Positions 10,573-21,049 of a DNA stretch of 64,000 nucleotides are shown here, piece after piece. Positions within the stretch are counted from its first letter, which is position 1. Every line of letters begins with the position of its first letter. The notes beneath the pieces were generated by a model that saw nothing but the letters and a program-made list of their open reading frames with translations, had not been told where the DNA came from and did not search any database. Location: contig JBJHCF010000020.1 of assembly GCA_050506795.1 (NCBI GenBank), positions 23,763-87,762 on the forward strand, read 5' to 3'. This stretch comes from Opitutia bacterium (GTDB lineage: Bacteria > Verrucomicrobiota > Verrucomicrobiia > Opitutales > T3Sed10-336). Made by a program: the position numbers and the translations under genes.

Positions 10573-11094
10573 TCAGTATCGGGGAATCAGGATGCGATTG
10601 ATGCCGTGAAGGACGCCATTGGTGGCTTCGAGGTCACGGTTCTCGATGAGGGCGGTGTCCAGGAAAAAACGGTTCCGTTCGGTGATGTACTTCACCCGGG
10701 TGCCCGCAAGGGTTTCGACTTCCTGCTCGCCTTCGCCGAGGTGGTCGTCGGAGCGTACGATTTGTTCGAGGATATGATGCCCGATGAGGCGGTTGCGATA
10801 ATGTTTTTGGCTGGGGTGGAGCAGGGTGTCGATCAAGGTCATGTCGAGACGGTCGAATGCCGTATCGGTAGGCGCAAAAACCGTGAAGGTGCCTTCGGCC
10901 TTCAGTTTCTCCAATAGATCGGTTTCCGCCAGGATGCGCAGAAACATGTTGTGCTCGCCGGTCTCACGCGCGAGTTCAACCAGGTTTTTGTCCGGTTGCG
11001 CCGCTTCTTCTCCGGCTACCGCGATCACGTTAATCGCCATAAAGGCGGCCAACACCGTCAATGACGCCACTCGAAACAGTCCACTCTTTACCAT
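10573..11094 (-). CDS. fasciclin (FAS1) domain protein
   Basis: FTVFAPTDTAF and ATNGVLHGINRILIP FAS1 motifs; signal peptide. Confidence 0.92.
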   Translation of the reverse strand: MVKSGLFRVASLTVLAAFMAINVIAVAGEEAAQPDKNLVELARETGEHNMFLRILAETDLLEKLKAEGTFTVFAPTDTAFDRLDMTLIDTLLHPSQKHYRNRLIGHHILEQIVRSDDHLGEGEQEVETLAGTRVKYITERNRFFLDTALIENRDLEATNGVLHGINRILIPRY

Positions 11095-11156
11095 GCCATC
11101 AGGTAAAACAGAATATTCCCGGTGACAAGCAATTTCCCTTCTTCCTGGGGACGTGG

Positions 11157-11310
11157 ACGCCCGCTGAAGCAGGGCGCTACAAGTTTTCCGGGTACTCCGT
11201 AGCTCCGTGCTTAAGCCGGAGACTCCTTTAGGGAACAGCGGTCCTTACGGCAAAGAAACGCCCGCTGAAGCAGGGCGCTACGTGGACGCCGGCTTATGTG
11301 AGGGCGCTAC
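11157..11310. repeat. cluster of four GTAG-type REP sequences (BIME-like)
   Basis: Minus strand GTAG-CGCCC-TGCTTCAGC-GGGCG-T at 11157-11180 and 11258-11281 (identical) plus a variant at 11286-11310; plus strand GTAG-CTCCG-TGCTTAAGC-CGGAG at 11199-11221. Confidence 0.8.
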
Positions 11311-11323
11311 GGTGGTTGCGGCT

Positions 11324-12901
11324 TCAGGTGTTGGCCGGCTGATCGGGCTTTGCGGCGAAATCGGCGAGCAGTTCCGGTGTGGGAGGAATGTCTTTGATGA
11401 TTTGGGAGGGATCCGGTCCGACGCCCAGGTAGCGCACGTTGGGCAACTCGGCCGGCCAGGGTTCGCCGTGGCTGGCGCAGCTGATGACGCTGCGGATCAT
11501 GCCGGCGAAGTAGGCCTTGGCTTCCGTTGGTAGATCGGCGAAACGGCGAACGCCGGAAATATCCTCCCGCCAACCCGGGTAGGACTGATAGACGGGTTTG
11601 AGGGTCTTGCGCAGCGAATCGCGCCGGGGCACGTGATGATAGCGTCGGCGCTGTTCATCCTCGTAGGCCACGCAAATCCGCAAGTCGCCCTTCCACTCGC
11701 CGTGGTGGCTGAGGGCGTCCAACTTGTTGATCATAAGATCCTGAAACCCTCCGTAGCGCAGGGCGTCTCCCTTTTCCACGGCGTCGAACCAGCCCACCAT
11801 GCGTTGCCGTCCGGTCGAGGTGCCGAACTCCAGCTTCTTCAGGATGTCGGTCAGCGGATGGTTTTCCGGCATGCGGGTGAGGAAGGTGTGAGTCCCGACC
11901 TTGGTATCGTAGGCCTTGGCGACGCCGAAAGTGTGGATCGGTTGATTGGGAATGCCGGCCGAGAGGAAGAATTCCGGACTGAAGGTGTGAGAGGCGGTGA
12001 CGTTGGGGGAGAATCCGTGACGCTTGTCCAGCCAGAAAGACTGGCCGAATTCTCCGATGATGTACTTCTCGTGTTTCAGATCGCGCAGCAGCACCTCGCG
12101 CAGGTCGCGGATACGGGGCGCCAGTTCGGCGCCGGCGCTCCAGTAAACGTCGATCAGGGCGTCCTCGTGCAAGGTGAATGGCCGCTCGCCGCGGAACTCA
12201 CTAAAATCGAACTCGGATTCCTCAAAGACTCCCATGCGAATCGCTTCTTCATTGGCGCGCGTTTCCGCCTGGCTCAAGCGGGCAAACGCCTCGTCCCAAG
12301 CGGATTCATCCATTTCGCAGACGTGGCGGATGGTTTTCAGCGCCCGGTCGATCCGTCCGCGCATCTTACGTACAAACACCTCCCGGGGACCGAGGAAGTC
12401 GCTGAAAAAGATCTGCCACTGTCCGGTTTCGTCCTGGTAGGCGGGGGTGATGCCCCGGGCGGTTGAGCCGCGCGGTTCCTCCCCCAGTTTGGAGACACGA
12501 TAATGTTCCCAGGCGAGGTCGAGCAGGCGGTGGCTGAGGTCCGACACCATCGCGCGTTCGTCCACTACCAGGCGCGGCAGGATGCTGTATCCTTTGGCTT
12601 CAAGAGGGCGGGTTTCCCACCAGATCTTGCGCGGGTCGGCCACCACTCCCGAAGCGATTCCCAGGGTGGGGACGGCTGATTCCGCCACCCCGGCGGGGAG
12701 CAGGTTAAGTTTGAGTCCGGCAGCGGTGTGGCCGGAGTTGGCACCGCCGTTCACCTTGATGACCGAGCCGACCGGTTCGGGTTGCCCGGTGGTTTCGCGG
12801 AGTTCCTGGACGATTTCGGCGATCAGACGGCCTTTGCCTTCGTCGCCCATGCTGATACCCACGTCGGCGATCAGCTTGCTGTGAAATGGTTGCAGAGCCA
12901 T
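11324..12901 (-). CDS. purA: adenylosuccinate synthetase
   Basis: [41 protein letters not shown] motifs; start at MALQPF. Confidence 0.92.
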   Translation of the reverse strand: MALQPFHSKLIADVGISMGDEGKGRLIAEIVQELRETTGQPEPVGSVIKVNGGANSGHTAAGLKLNLLPAGVAESAVPTLGIASGVVADPRKIWWETRPLEAKGYSILPRLVVDERAMVSDLSHRLLDLAWEHYRVSKLGEEPRGSTARGITPAYQDETGQWQIFFSDFLGPREVFVRKMRGRIDRALKTIRHVCEMDESAWDEAFARLSQAETRANEEAIRMGVFEESEFDFSEFRGERPFTLHEDALIDVYWSAGAELAPRIRDLREVLLRDLKHEKYIIGEFGQSFWLDKRHGFSPNVTASHTFSPEFFLSAGIPNQPIHTFGVAKAYDTKVGTHTFLTRMPENHPLTDILKKLEFGTSTGRQRMVGWFDAVEKGDALRYGGFQDLMINKLDALSHHGEWKGDLRICVAYEDEQRRRYHHVPRRDSLRKTLKPVYQSYPGWREDISGVRRFADLPTEAKAYFAGMIRSVISCASHGEPWPAELPNVRYLGVGPDPSQIIKDIPPTPELLADFAAKPDQPANT

Positions 12902-13095
12902 GGTACGTGAAAACGGTAACGAAGTATCCGCGCTTCTCCGGGCCACCCGGCGAAACGGACACAAACGCACACGCTTTCACACCCGGCCCCGCGTGGCAAT
13001 GCCGAATATGGCTTATCAATAAATAACTCCTGTTTCGGGCGCCGGTGAGCAATGGGGGCTTGTTGCCGGGAGCGGAGCTGTGGTAAGGGTTTCCC

Positions 13096-13674
13096 GTGAA
13101 TGTGGTGATACTCGGTTCGGGGCGCGGCGGCAACGCCCGGCGCCTGCTGGAAGCGGAGCGCGAAGGAGCTCTGGGAGAGGCGCGGATTTCCGCAATTTTT
13201 TGCGACCGTCCGGAGGCGCCCATCCTGAAGCTGGGGCCGGCCTTCGGGGTGAAAGCCCACTACCTGGATCCCGGCGAGTACCGCACCAAGCTTACCGGCG
13301 ACGCCGAACGCGCCTACATCGAGGCCATCGAGGCGGAGCGACCGGGGCTTGTGGTGCTGGCCGGTTTCATGCGTGTGATCAAGGCCCCGTTCATACAGAC
13401 GTTCGAAGGGCGGATTATCAACCTCCATCCCAGTCTGTTGCCCAGCTTCAAGGGATTGCATGCCGTTCGGCAGGCCTACGACTACGGGGTGAAGATCACC
13501 GGCTGCACGGTCCATTTCGTGACCGAGGATGTCGATGGCGGACCTATCATCGATCAGGCCGCAGTGCGTATTGAGAACAAGGATACTTTGGAAACCCTCG
13601 AAGAAAAGGTTCACGCCGCCGAACATCGCCTGCTCCCCGAAGTGGTGGCAAGGTTGAGTCGAGAAAGGGTTTGA
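13096..13674 (+). CDS. purN: phosphoribosylglycinamide formyltransferase
   Basis: GSGRGGN, LAGFMRVI, INLHPSLLPSFKG, TGCTVHFV, DGGPII. Confidence 0.95.
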   Translation: MNVVILGSGRGGNARRLLEAEREGALGEARISAIFCDRPEAPILKLGPAFGVKAHYLDPGEYRTKLTGDAERAYIEAIEAERPGLVVLAGFMRVIKAPFIQTFEGRIINLHPSLLPSFKGLHAVRQAYDYGVKITGCTVHFVTEDVDGGPIIDQAAVRIENKDTLETLEEKVHAAEHRLLPEVVARLSRERV

Positions 13675-13780
13675 GCCCGAATTTTAAGGTGCGTTCAGCG
13701 CCCCATTCAAGTGTCCTTGGGCCTTGCTTCAAACCCGGGTTTGTGGTCGGCTGACGTCCTCTCATTAAACCATTTTCGCC

Positions 13781-15934
13781 ATGAAAACCTTCCTTCACTT
13801 CAAGCGCCTGGTCATTTGCTGTTGTTGTCCGTTCGCCGCGATGTCGGGATCGGGGGGTGCTTCGGCAGCGCAACCGGATTCCCGTTTCGACCTGGAGAAA
13901 ATCGCGGAGCGCAATCCGAGGATTGCCTCGCTTGTGCCGGGCGAGGGCTTTGACCGTGAGGTGCTCCGGGTCTCGCCGGATTCGGCCGCTCAGCGGATAA
14001 CCATCTGGGAGAAGGGCGATCCCGGTGACTGGTCGCAGGCCAATTACCTGGTGATCGAAATGTATGGCGCGAATGATTACAGCGGACGAATTTCCATCGA
14101 GTTTTATCGCGAAAGCGGTTTGGAGGGGGCGGCGCAGCTCCAGAGCGGGGAGGTGCGGGACACGGCGCGGCCGAGGCTGCTCAGCCTGCAAGGGCTGATG
14201 CCGCGGGTGCCGACCAAAATGGTCTTTCCCCTCGATTATCTGGACGCGCAGAGAATCTTTCTCCCCCGTTTTCCGCGCCAGTTGAAGGGCACCCTGACCG
14301 GCAGTCGCATGGAGCCCGAGGAAATCGCGGCCGTGCGGCTCCAGTTCGGGCCCTATTCGGAACCCCACTTCACGCCTTCCTTTGAGATCGCCTCGATTGC
14401 CCTGCATCCCTCCCTTCCGGAGCCGTATCCTCCGCTGGAGGAGCCGATCGTTGATGTGCTGGGGCAGTGGAATCAACGGGACTGGCCGGGTAAAATTCAC
14501 TCCGAAGAGGAACTGATCGAACGCACCCGCGCGTTGCTCGAATCGGTCGAATCGGCATCGTTCCCGCAAACCTGGAGCCGATTCGGTGGCTGGAAGGAGA
14601 AACAGTTTGGAGCCACCGGTTTCTTTCGGACGCATCACGATGGCGACCGTTGGTGGCTGGTGGATCCCGATGGGTATGCCTTTATCAGCGCGGGGGTGAC
14701 CGGAATGGGCCACAACGCCCTGGGACCGGTGGAAGGGATCGAGGACTTTTTCGCCTGGCTGCCCGAGGAAGGGGATGAGCGTTTTGCGCCCGCGCTCGGT
14801 CGAACCCGGGATATGCGTGCGGTCGACTTTCTGCGGGCCAATCTGATCCGGGCGTTTGGAGACGATTGGATCGAAGAATGGAGCCGGCTGACGGCGGGTT
14901 TGATGAAGCGCTTCCAGTTGAATACGGTGGCTAATTGGTCGAACCTCGAATTCGCCCGCGAGCACCGGTTGCCGTACGTGTTGCAGATGCGTGATTTCCC
15001 GTCGACGGAAAACCGGCTGTTTCGCGATTTTCCCGACGTGTACTCCGACGAGTACCGCGAGGCCTCGGTGCGTTATGCCTCCCAACTGGAGGACTTCAAA
15101 AACGACCCCTACCTCATCGGATATTTCCTCATCAATGAGCCGCACTGGGGATTCGGTTATCACAATCTGGCGTTCGAGATGTTCGCCACCGACGCACCCT
15201 CCGCCACCAAAACCGCTTTTATCGAGTGGCTGGAAGAGCAATACGAAGGGCGGATCGATTCCTTCAATCGCGAATGGAGGCTGTCCCTGAGCGATTTTGC
15301 CGCCCTGAATGTGGAGACCTTCCGCGAGTACCCTTCGGAGCGGGCGGAACAACTCTTTCACGAATTTTCCCGTGTCATGGTTAAAAAATACGTGGATGTG
15401 GCCTGTGACGAGGTGGAAAAGGTCGCGCCCGACCACCTGAATTTGGGCATGCGTTATGCCTGGATCAGTTCCGACCTGATGTACACCGCCGGCGAGCGAT
15501 TCGACGTTTTCTCCATCAACGGATACGGCAACCCCGGTCCGCCACGCACCGACGAGATCGCCCGTCGCAGCGGCAAACCGGTCATTATCGGCGAATGGCA
15601 TTTCGGGGCCACCGACCGCGGGTTGCCCGCAACCGGAATCCAGGGGGCGTTGAACCAGGAACAGCGCGCCATGGCTTACCGGTATTACGCCGAACAGGCC
15701 TTTGCCCGGCCGGAGTTGGTCGGCATTCATTATTTTCAATGGAACGATCAACCGGTGTCCGGTCGGTTTGACGGGGAAAACTACAATATCGGAGTTGTGG
15801 ACATCACCAATCAGCCCTACCCGGAACTCACCGAAGCGATGACGATAAGCCACCAGCGCATGTATCACGTGGCATCGGGCGAGGAGCCTCCGTTTGACCA
15901 GGTCATAGAGCGGGTGCCTTCGATACATTACTGA
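13781..15934 (+). CDS. secreted glycoside hydrolase, GH50-like (beta-agarase/beta-galactosidase related)
   Basis: SRFGGW, ATGFFR, WWLVDPDGYAF, NTVANWS, IGYFLINEPHW, IGEWHFGA, FQWNDQP..GRFDGENYNIG. Confidence 0.85.
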   Translation: MKTFLHFKRLVICCCCPFAAMSGSGGASAAQPDSRFDLEKIAERNPRIASLVPGEGFDREVLRVSPDSAAQRITIWEKGDPGDWSQANYLVIEMYGANDYSGRISIEFYRESGLEGAAQLQSGEVRDTARPRLLSLQGLMPRVPTKMVFPLDYLDAQRIFLPRFPRQLKGTLTGSRMEPEEIAAVRLQFGPYSEPHFTPSFEIASIALHPSLPEPYPPLEEPIVDVLGQWNQRDWPGKIHSEEELIERTRALLESVESASFPQTWSRFGGWKEKQFGATGFFRTHHDGDRWWLVDPDGYAFISAGVTGMGHNALGPVEGIEDFFAWLPEEGDERFAPALGRTRDMRAVDFLRANLIRAFGDDWIEEWSRLTAGLMKRFQLNTVANWSNLEFAREHRLPYVLQMRDFPSTENRLFRDFPDVYSDEYREASVRYASQLEDFKNDPYLIGYFLINEPHWGFGYHNLAFEMFATDAPSATKTAFIEWLEEQYEGRIDSFNREWRLSLSDFAALNVETFREYPSERAEQLFHEFSRVMVKKYVDVACDEVEKVAPDHLNLGMRYAWISSDLMYTAGERFDVFSINGYGNPGPPRTDEIARRSGKPVIIGEWHFGATDRGLPATGIQGALNQEQRAMAYRYYAEQAFARPELVGIHYFQWNDQPVSGRFDGENYNIGVVDITNQPYPELTEAMTISHQRMYHVASGEEPPFDQVIERVPSIHY

Positions 15935-16280
15935 GTTGTTATCGCCGACCGGCGACACACGACTTTTTCATCCGGCCTTTGGAGCCCGCAACTTAAAACA
16001 CCGTGGCGGTCATATGCGCGTTTTTTAAGCTTGCCTTTTAGGTGTTATTTGTTTGGCTAATGGCAGTGGTCAGGATGGGGTAGGCGCATCGAATGCCCTG
16101 TGGCCCGTCACGGGTGTTGGCGTGAGCACCCGTTGAGCCGACCCAGAGAAGGTTCGGTTCCTGTTTTTGAGTTCGAGGGTGAGCTCCGTGTAGGATGGGG
16201 TGCCGCCCGCCGTTTGGGAAACTGGTATTCGACTGTTTGGAATGGGTTCGACAAGAACAGGTTCCGAGAGAGGTAGGCGC

Positions 16281-19200
16281 ATGTGGACGGGTCCGTTTGA
16301 AGCCTGGACGCGCTGGTGTTCCGTTTGCGTTTTGTGGGCGGTCGGGGCGGCGACTCTGACGGCGCAGCCCGCCGAGGTGATGGTGTCCTCACCTGATGTG
16401 ACGATGGGAACGAGCTGGGTGCTCGACACCGATCCATCGCAGAGCACGGTCCAGTTGACCGTAGGTTTCCTGGTGAACCGCGATCAGCCGATGGGCGAGC
16501 CGCGCGACATTCCATTTCGGATTGACGTGCGCATGGTGCAGGATTCCGAGGACCCCGTGCTGGCCGGTTTCGTCGTAGAAACCTTCGCTGTGCATGTCTC
16601 ACCGGTGGTGGTCGATATGCAGTTGGTGTTTCCCCTTTCGATCACTCCGGACATCGTTCTCAGTGAGCACCACGGGTACGTTCTCCACGTCGCGGTATTC
16701 CACGACGACGATCCCCCGTCGGGCGACTTCCAATTCGACCACCTGATCGAGGACGGCCCGCATGACATCGCGCATTTTTCCGGCCTGTTGCGTTTCGGTA
16801 GTGTGGAAACGACGGTGAACGCTTTATCTGTTCCCCCTGAGTTTCTGGGCGCGCCGGGAGATTGGCGTCTTGTCCTCGCGGAGGGCGAGTTGGCCAACGG
16901 GACTCCGTTTCTGAACGGACCGCCACCTTCGACCCCGCACCTGGATGTGCAGCGCGACGATTCGGACGGCAGCGTCTCGGTGGTGGACGGTTCGGTTCTG
17001 CTCGATCCGCCGGACTCGGGTTTTTCCGTCAACGGTTGGTCGGGCCAACTCGGGCGGGTAACTCTCGATGCGAACGGGTTGGTGGCGCATTCGTTCCGGC
17101 TCGACCTGCCGGAGGGAACGGGCTGGCGTTCCGCCGACAACAACGATCCCGCGATTCCCCGGACCCTGAATCCAACCTTTTTATCCGAGGGGGGCGTCTT
17201 GCCGGTCGATGAGGATTTGCAGCCGATTGCGGGAGCTTCGGGGACGTTTTTCCAATCCCATGAATTTGTGGATGAACGTCAGGCGATCGGATTCGTCAGC
17301 GACGAATGGTCCTGGGATCTGGAGACCCTGCGTATCGGCCAGCCGGAGACGCGTTTCTTTCGTCAGTGGTACCACGACCAGTGGAAATCCGTCAAAGGCG
17401 ACCTCCCCGACACCAACGACGGATATTTCGACCAATTGCTTGCCGATGCGCTCACCGATCTGCACATTCGACCCGGGATGGCGGGCGGTTTCAGCGTCGA
17501 GCTGGGATTGGCCGCCGGTGAGTTTTTCACGCATTTTCCTCACGGATACGTTCGTCATCAGGGCGGCATGATTCGGCTCGAAAACAGCATGCCCGATCCG
17601 ACGGTTTCGGGCTTGAACGGTGCCACGACGGCGATTGTGACCCACACCGGCTGCCGTTCGGAGGAGGACCCGCATGCCCTGCCCAACCCCGCCACCATGG
17701 AGGCGGTGGCGGTGGGACCGGGAGCGGTGCGCTTCACCGCGCACGGGAGTTTGTGGACCGAAGGGGCGCCGCTGACGTCGCTCCAAGGAGCGACTGTGCC
17801 CATCGTCCGCCGGGCCGCCGCCGGGCTCGATCCCGACACGGGGTTGCCGGTGCATGAAACGGATGATTACATCGGCCAACCCGTGCAAATCCTGATCCCG
17901 GGCGCTCTGGCACCGGCGGCGCCGGGCGTGCCCGGCGCGTTGAATCCGGCGCGCTGGTTGTACACGGGCTTGCGGCCGGATGATGACGACGCGCTCGAGC
18001 CCCCGGGAACCTCGGCCTACCTGGCCGGCGCGGCGGATTACGCGGGGGTGAATTTTCGCCACTTCCCGGGCCTCAACGGGGTATCCCGTATCGGCGGCGG
18101 GGTTATGGGCCCGTATGCGCTGGAGTCGTGTCAGAAGGTGTACGCCCGTTCCTCCGGAGTCACCGGACGCTGGGTGGCCGACGCCTCCAGCCTGCCGCCA
18201 TCGATGCAGATCGGCGGCCCCGATCCATTTACGATGGAATTCAATGTCTGGGCCTTCCAACTGGTGGGGAACGAGCCGCAATTCGAATACAGCGCGGTCA
18301 CGGGAAGCGTCAGTCTTCCGTATCCGGCGGACATGACGCTGGCCTTCGATTCGATCGAGTTCAGTTGCTGCGGAAACCTCGACCGGGTCTCGCTGGCGGA
18401 CGGGCAGTCGGTGCAGGAACTCGCTTACTGGGCCAATTCACGGATCGCCATTCAAAGCGCCCGCTTTGTTTCCGCCGATGATTGTTCGATGGAGGACAGC
18501 GCGCTTGAATTGCACGTGCGTGCCCGGGTCAACGGGTTTCCCAACGACCTCGACGGGATCCTTCTCTTCCGCGGGAGCGGGCGCATGACCACTGGACTCG
18601 ACGATCCGCTCCCGGCCAGCGCCTTATATGTGCCCACGGGAAGTCCGTTTGCGGGCGATTATATTCTCACTTCGGTACGGCATGCCTACTACAACGATCC
18701 GGGTCCCGTAGATCCCAACCAGAGCGGTCCGGGCGAGGGATTCATCAGCGTGGCCGGGCACCTGCAATTGCCGTTCTTCGAAGCGATGGAGGTCCACGCG
18801 GTGCTGAACGGGACGGATCCGCCGCCGGCGGGCAATCCGGATACCATTCCCGGAATGCGCCGTGGTTGGACGGACAACGGGGACACCTTCTTCAACAATG
18901 CGAACTTCGACGCCGCCCATCTGGGACTGCCGCCGGGATTCGCCACGGGATTCGCCTACGTGACCGGCCTGGACGAAGCGCACCTGACGATTGCCCGGCG
19001 CACCTGGTTCGGCAAAATACCGTTCAACTTTCCGGTGCTGTACGATCCCTTCACGCGGCATTTTCATTCAGTCGAGAAAAAGGAAATCGACATCATCATT
19101 GCCCAGGCCGAAGCGGACGTTCCCCGCCTCAACCACCGGCAGGCCGCCATCGACTTCGGCATCACCGTCGGTCTTAGTTTGAACAACCTGTTTTCCGACG

Positions 19201-21044
19201 TGCTCGAATTCGCCACCGGGCATCTGGTAGAGGGATTCGCCGACCTGGTCATCGGTTCCGCGCTGGAGGGACTGGGCGAGGGATTGGACGCGCTCGATGG
19301 CCTGCTTTCGCTCCAGGCGCGCGACGCTTTGGGCGAAGCAGTGGTGCCCGGGTTTGATGAAATTATCGCAACCGCGGCCCAGCAGATCCGCAACGGAGCC
19401 GACGTCCAGGCCGCGCTCGGGCACATCAATTTCGGAGCCGGGCTTCAGGAAGACCTGGCGGCGGCGACGGCGGGATTTGTATCCGGAAAGCTGGAACCGA
19501 TATCCGGCGGGCTAAGCGGAGTCAGGAACTTTCTTTCGCCCGATGAGACCACACAGGTCGGTCAATTCATGCAGGCGGCCATGGGTTTTCTTGATCTGCC
19601 GCCCGGACTGGGATCGCTCAGCGTGGACGACCTGATCGCCCTTGCCGAACTGACCGACGGTCCGGTCCGCGACCGTTTGGAAGAGCTGCGCGAGCGCATG
19701 GAGGAGCTGCGAGAACTGGTCGAAAACGTTTCGGGTCTGGGCGATCAACTGGAGAATCTGCTGACCGGCGCCAACGCCGAGTTTATGGGTCTTCAGACAG
19801 GCGTTCGGAACGCCCTCGAAGGCTACTTTGAAACCGTTCACGCCGATCCGTCCGCCTACACTCAGGCGGAGATCGAGGCGCGCATCCGCAACGAAATCGA
19901 AGACCGCCTTTGGGCGCTGCCGGTCACCGGACAGGTGCAAAACGTCCTGCGTTCGCGATTCTACCACTTCGATCATCTGATCACGCAGGTGGTCTCCAAT
20001 GCGCTGGAAATGATCAATCGCGCCATCGCCGACATTATCGCGGAAGCGGTCGATCTGGACGAACTGCTCAACGACCTGACCGGATTTACCGGCTACGTGC
20101 AGGCTTTCAGTCTCAAGGGCGAGGCGATAATAACCGGAAACGATCTTACGTACCTCTCCCTCAAAGGCCGGACCACCATCCAGACGGAACCGGTGCCGCT
20201 GGACTTTCATCCGTTCTACGAATACCAGCAGCTTCACTCGGATGGAGCCTCCGGGTGCGATCCGAACGCGCAACCGGTCCAGTTCAACCGGATCACCATG
20301 GGCGCGACGGTGGCGCCGGCGCGCATGCCGATCGGCGAGGTAAGTGTCACCGTCTCCACCCAGTTCTCATTCATGGAAGACGGGCGCATCATCGGATTCA
20401 TGGGCGGATTCGAGTTCCTGCAGGAGGGACTCTCCATGCAGCCGGTAAACTTCGACCGTATCAACGCGCTGATCAATATCGGCGGAGACGGAGGGAGTGA
20501 ACAACCCTTCGCGAGTTTCGAGTTTTACTTCGCCGCCGAAGGCCATGCCACCGTGTTCGCCAACAGCGGCCCCGTTCAGATTCCCTGGAGCAACTTCAAG
20601 CTGCACGGCGGCATCTTCCTTGGGAAGACCTGCACCGACGCCCCTTACGCCGCCTGGGCGCCGGGCCACGTGGTGAACAATCTTCCGGGGTCCGCCTTCA
20701 CCGGCGCGATCGCCGCGGTTGATGGGAAGTTTCCCTTTATTGATGCCGGTTGTTTGCTGCGTGTAAAAGCGGGCGCGGGCATCGGCGCCTGGGGCGTGGC
20801 CGATATGCAGGGCAAGGTCTCTCTCGGCGCGTTTGTGGAGGGGAGCGTCAGCGGGAGATTCGCCTGTATTATCTCCGGTGACGGTTCGGTTTTGTTGATC
20901 GGCCTGGCCGATGAAAACGGCGCGTCGATGAGCGGTTCGATTGAAGCCAACATCACGGCCGGCGCCTGTCCGCTGTGCCTCGAATTCGAAAGCAAGATCG
21001 GGGTGACCCTAGGGACGCCCGGCGGCCTTTCGGTGAATCTGTGA
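16281..21044 (+). CDS. very large secreted hypothetical protein (about 1590 aa; beta-rich N- and C-regions, central helical/coiled region)
   Basis: Long ORF with host-like codon usage, signal-peptide-like segment ending TLTA-QP, GAGAGG upstream of ATG 16281, paired cysteines; first gene of a tightly coupled operon. Confidence 0.8.
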   Translation: MWTGPFEAWTRWCSVCVLWAVGAATLTAQPAEVMVSSPDVTMGTSWVLDTDPSQSTVQLTVGFLVNRDQPMGEPRDIPFRIDVRMVQDSEDPVLAGFVVETFAVHVSPVVVDMQLVFPLSITPDIVLSEHHGYVLHVAVFHDDDPPSGDFQFDHLIEDGPHDIAHFSGLLRFGSVETTVNALSVPPEFLGAPGDWRLVLAEGELANGTPFLNGPPPSTPHLDVQRDDSDGSVSVVDGSVLLDPPDSGFSVNGWSGQLGRVTLDANGLVAHSFRLDLPEGTGWRSADNNDPAIPRTLNPTFLSEGGVLPVDEDLQPIAGASGTFFQSHEFVDERQAIGFVSDEWSWDLETLRIGQPETRFFRQWYHDQWKSVKGDLPDTNDGYFDQLLADALTDLHIRPGMAGGFSVELGLAAGEFFTHFPHGYVRHQGGMIRLENSMPDPTVSGLNGATTAIVTHTGCRSEEDPHALPNPATMEAVAVGPGAVRFTAHGSLWTEGAPLTSLQGATVPIVRRAAAGLDPDTGLPVHETDDYIGQPVQILIPGALAPAAPGVPGALNPARWLYTGLRPDDDDALEPPGTSAYLAGAADYAGVNFRHFPGLNGVSRIGGGVMGPYALESCQKVYARSSGVTGRWVADASSLPPSMQIGGPDPFTMEFNVWAFQLVGNEPQFEYSAVTGSVSLPYPADMTLAFDSIEFSCCGNLDRVSLADGQSVQELAYWANSRIAIQSARFVSADDCSMEDSALELHVRARVNGFPNDLDGILLFRGSGRMTTGLDDPLPASALYVPTGSPFAGDYILTSVRHAYYNDPGPVDPNQSGPGEGFISVAGHLQLPFFEAMEVHAVLNGTDPPPAGNPDTIPGMRRGWTDNGDTFFNNANFDAAHLGLPPGFATGFAYVTGLDEAHLTIARRTWFGKIPFNFPVLYDPFTRHFHSVEKKEIDIIIAQAEADVPRLNHRQAAIDFGITVGLSLNNLFSDVLEFATGHLVEGFADLVIGSALEGLGEGLDALDGLLSLQARDALGEAVVPGFDEIIATAAQQIRNGADVQAALGHINFGAGLQEDLAAATAGFVSGKLEPISGGLSGVRNFLSPDETTQVGQFMQAAMGFLDLPPGLGSLSVDDLIALAELTDGPVRDRLEELRERMEELRELVENVSGLGDQLENLLTGANAEFMGLQTGVRNALEGYFETVHADPSAYTQAEIEARIRNEIEDRLWALPVTGQVQNVLRSRFYHFDHLITQVVSNALEMINRAIADIIAEAVDLDELLNDLTGFTGYVQAFSLKGEAIITGNDLTYLSLKGRTTIQTEPVPLDFHPFYEYQQLHSDGASGCDPNAQPVQFNRITMGATVAPARMPIGEVSVTVSTQFSFMEDGRIIGFMGGFEFLQEGLSMQPVNFDRINALINIGGDGGSEQPFASFEFYFAAEGHATVFANSGPVQIPWSNFKLHGGIFLGKTCTDAPYAAWAPGHVVNNLPGSAFTGAIAAVDGKFPFIDAGCLLRVKAGAGIGAWGVADMQGKVSLGAFVEGSVSGRFACIISGDGSVLLIGLADENGASMSGSIEANITAGACPLCLEFESKIGVTLGTPGGLSVNL

Positions 21045-21049
21045 GGAAA

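Noticed and set aside
11157..11310. CRISPR array
   Set aside because: Mixed orientation, irregular spacing, GTAG-hairpin structure and no cas genes; fits REP elements.
11324..12901. purA as degenerate because it is long and has GEFGQS instead of FEGAQG
   Set aside because: The ORF is intact and the other catalytic motifs are present; most likely a divergent lineage variant.
13547..15958. 803-aa minus-strand ORF, and similar long ORFs at 44254-46902 (+) and 51407-53437 (-)
   Set aside because: Antisense shadows of well-supported genes in GC-rich DNA; no recognisable motifs.
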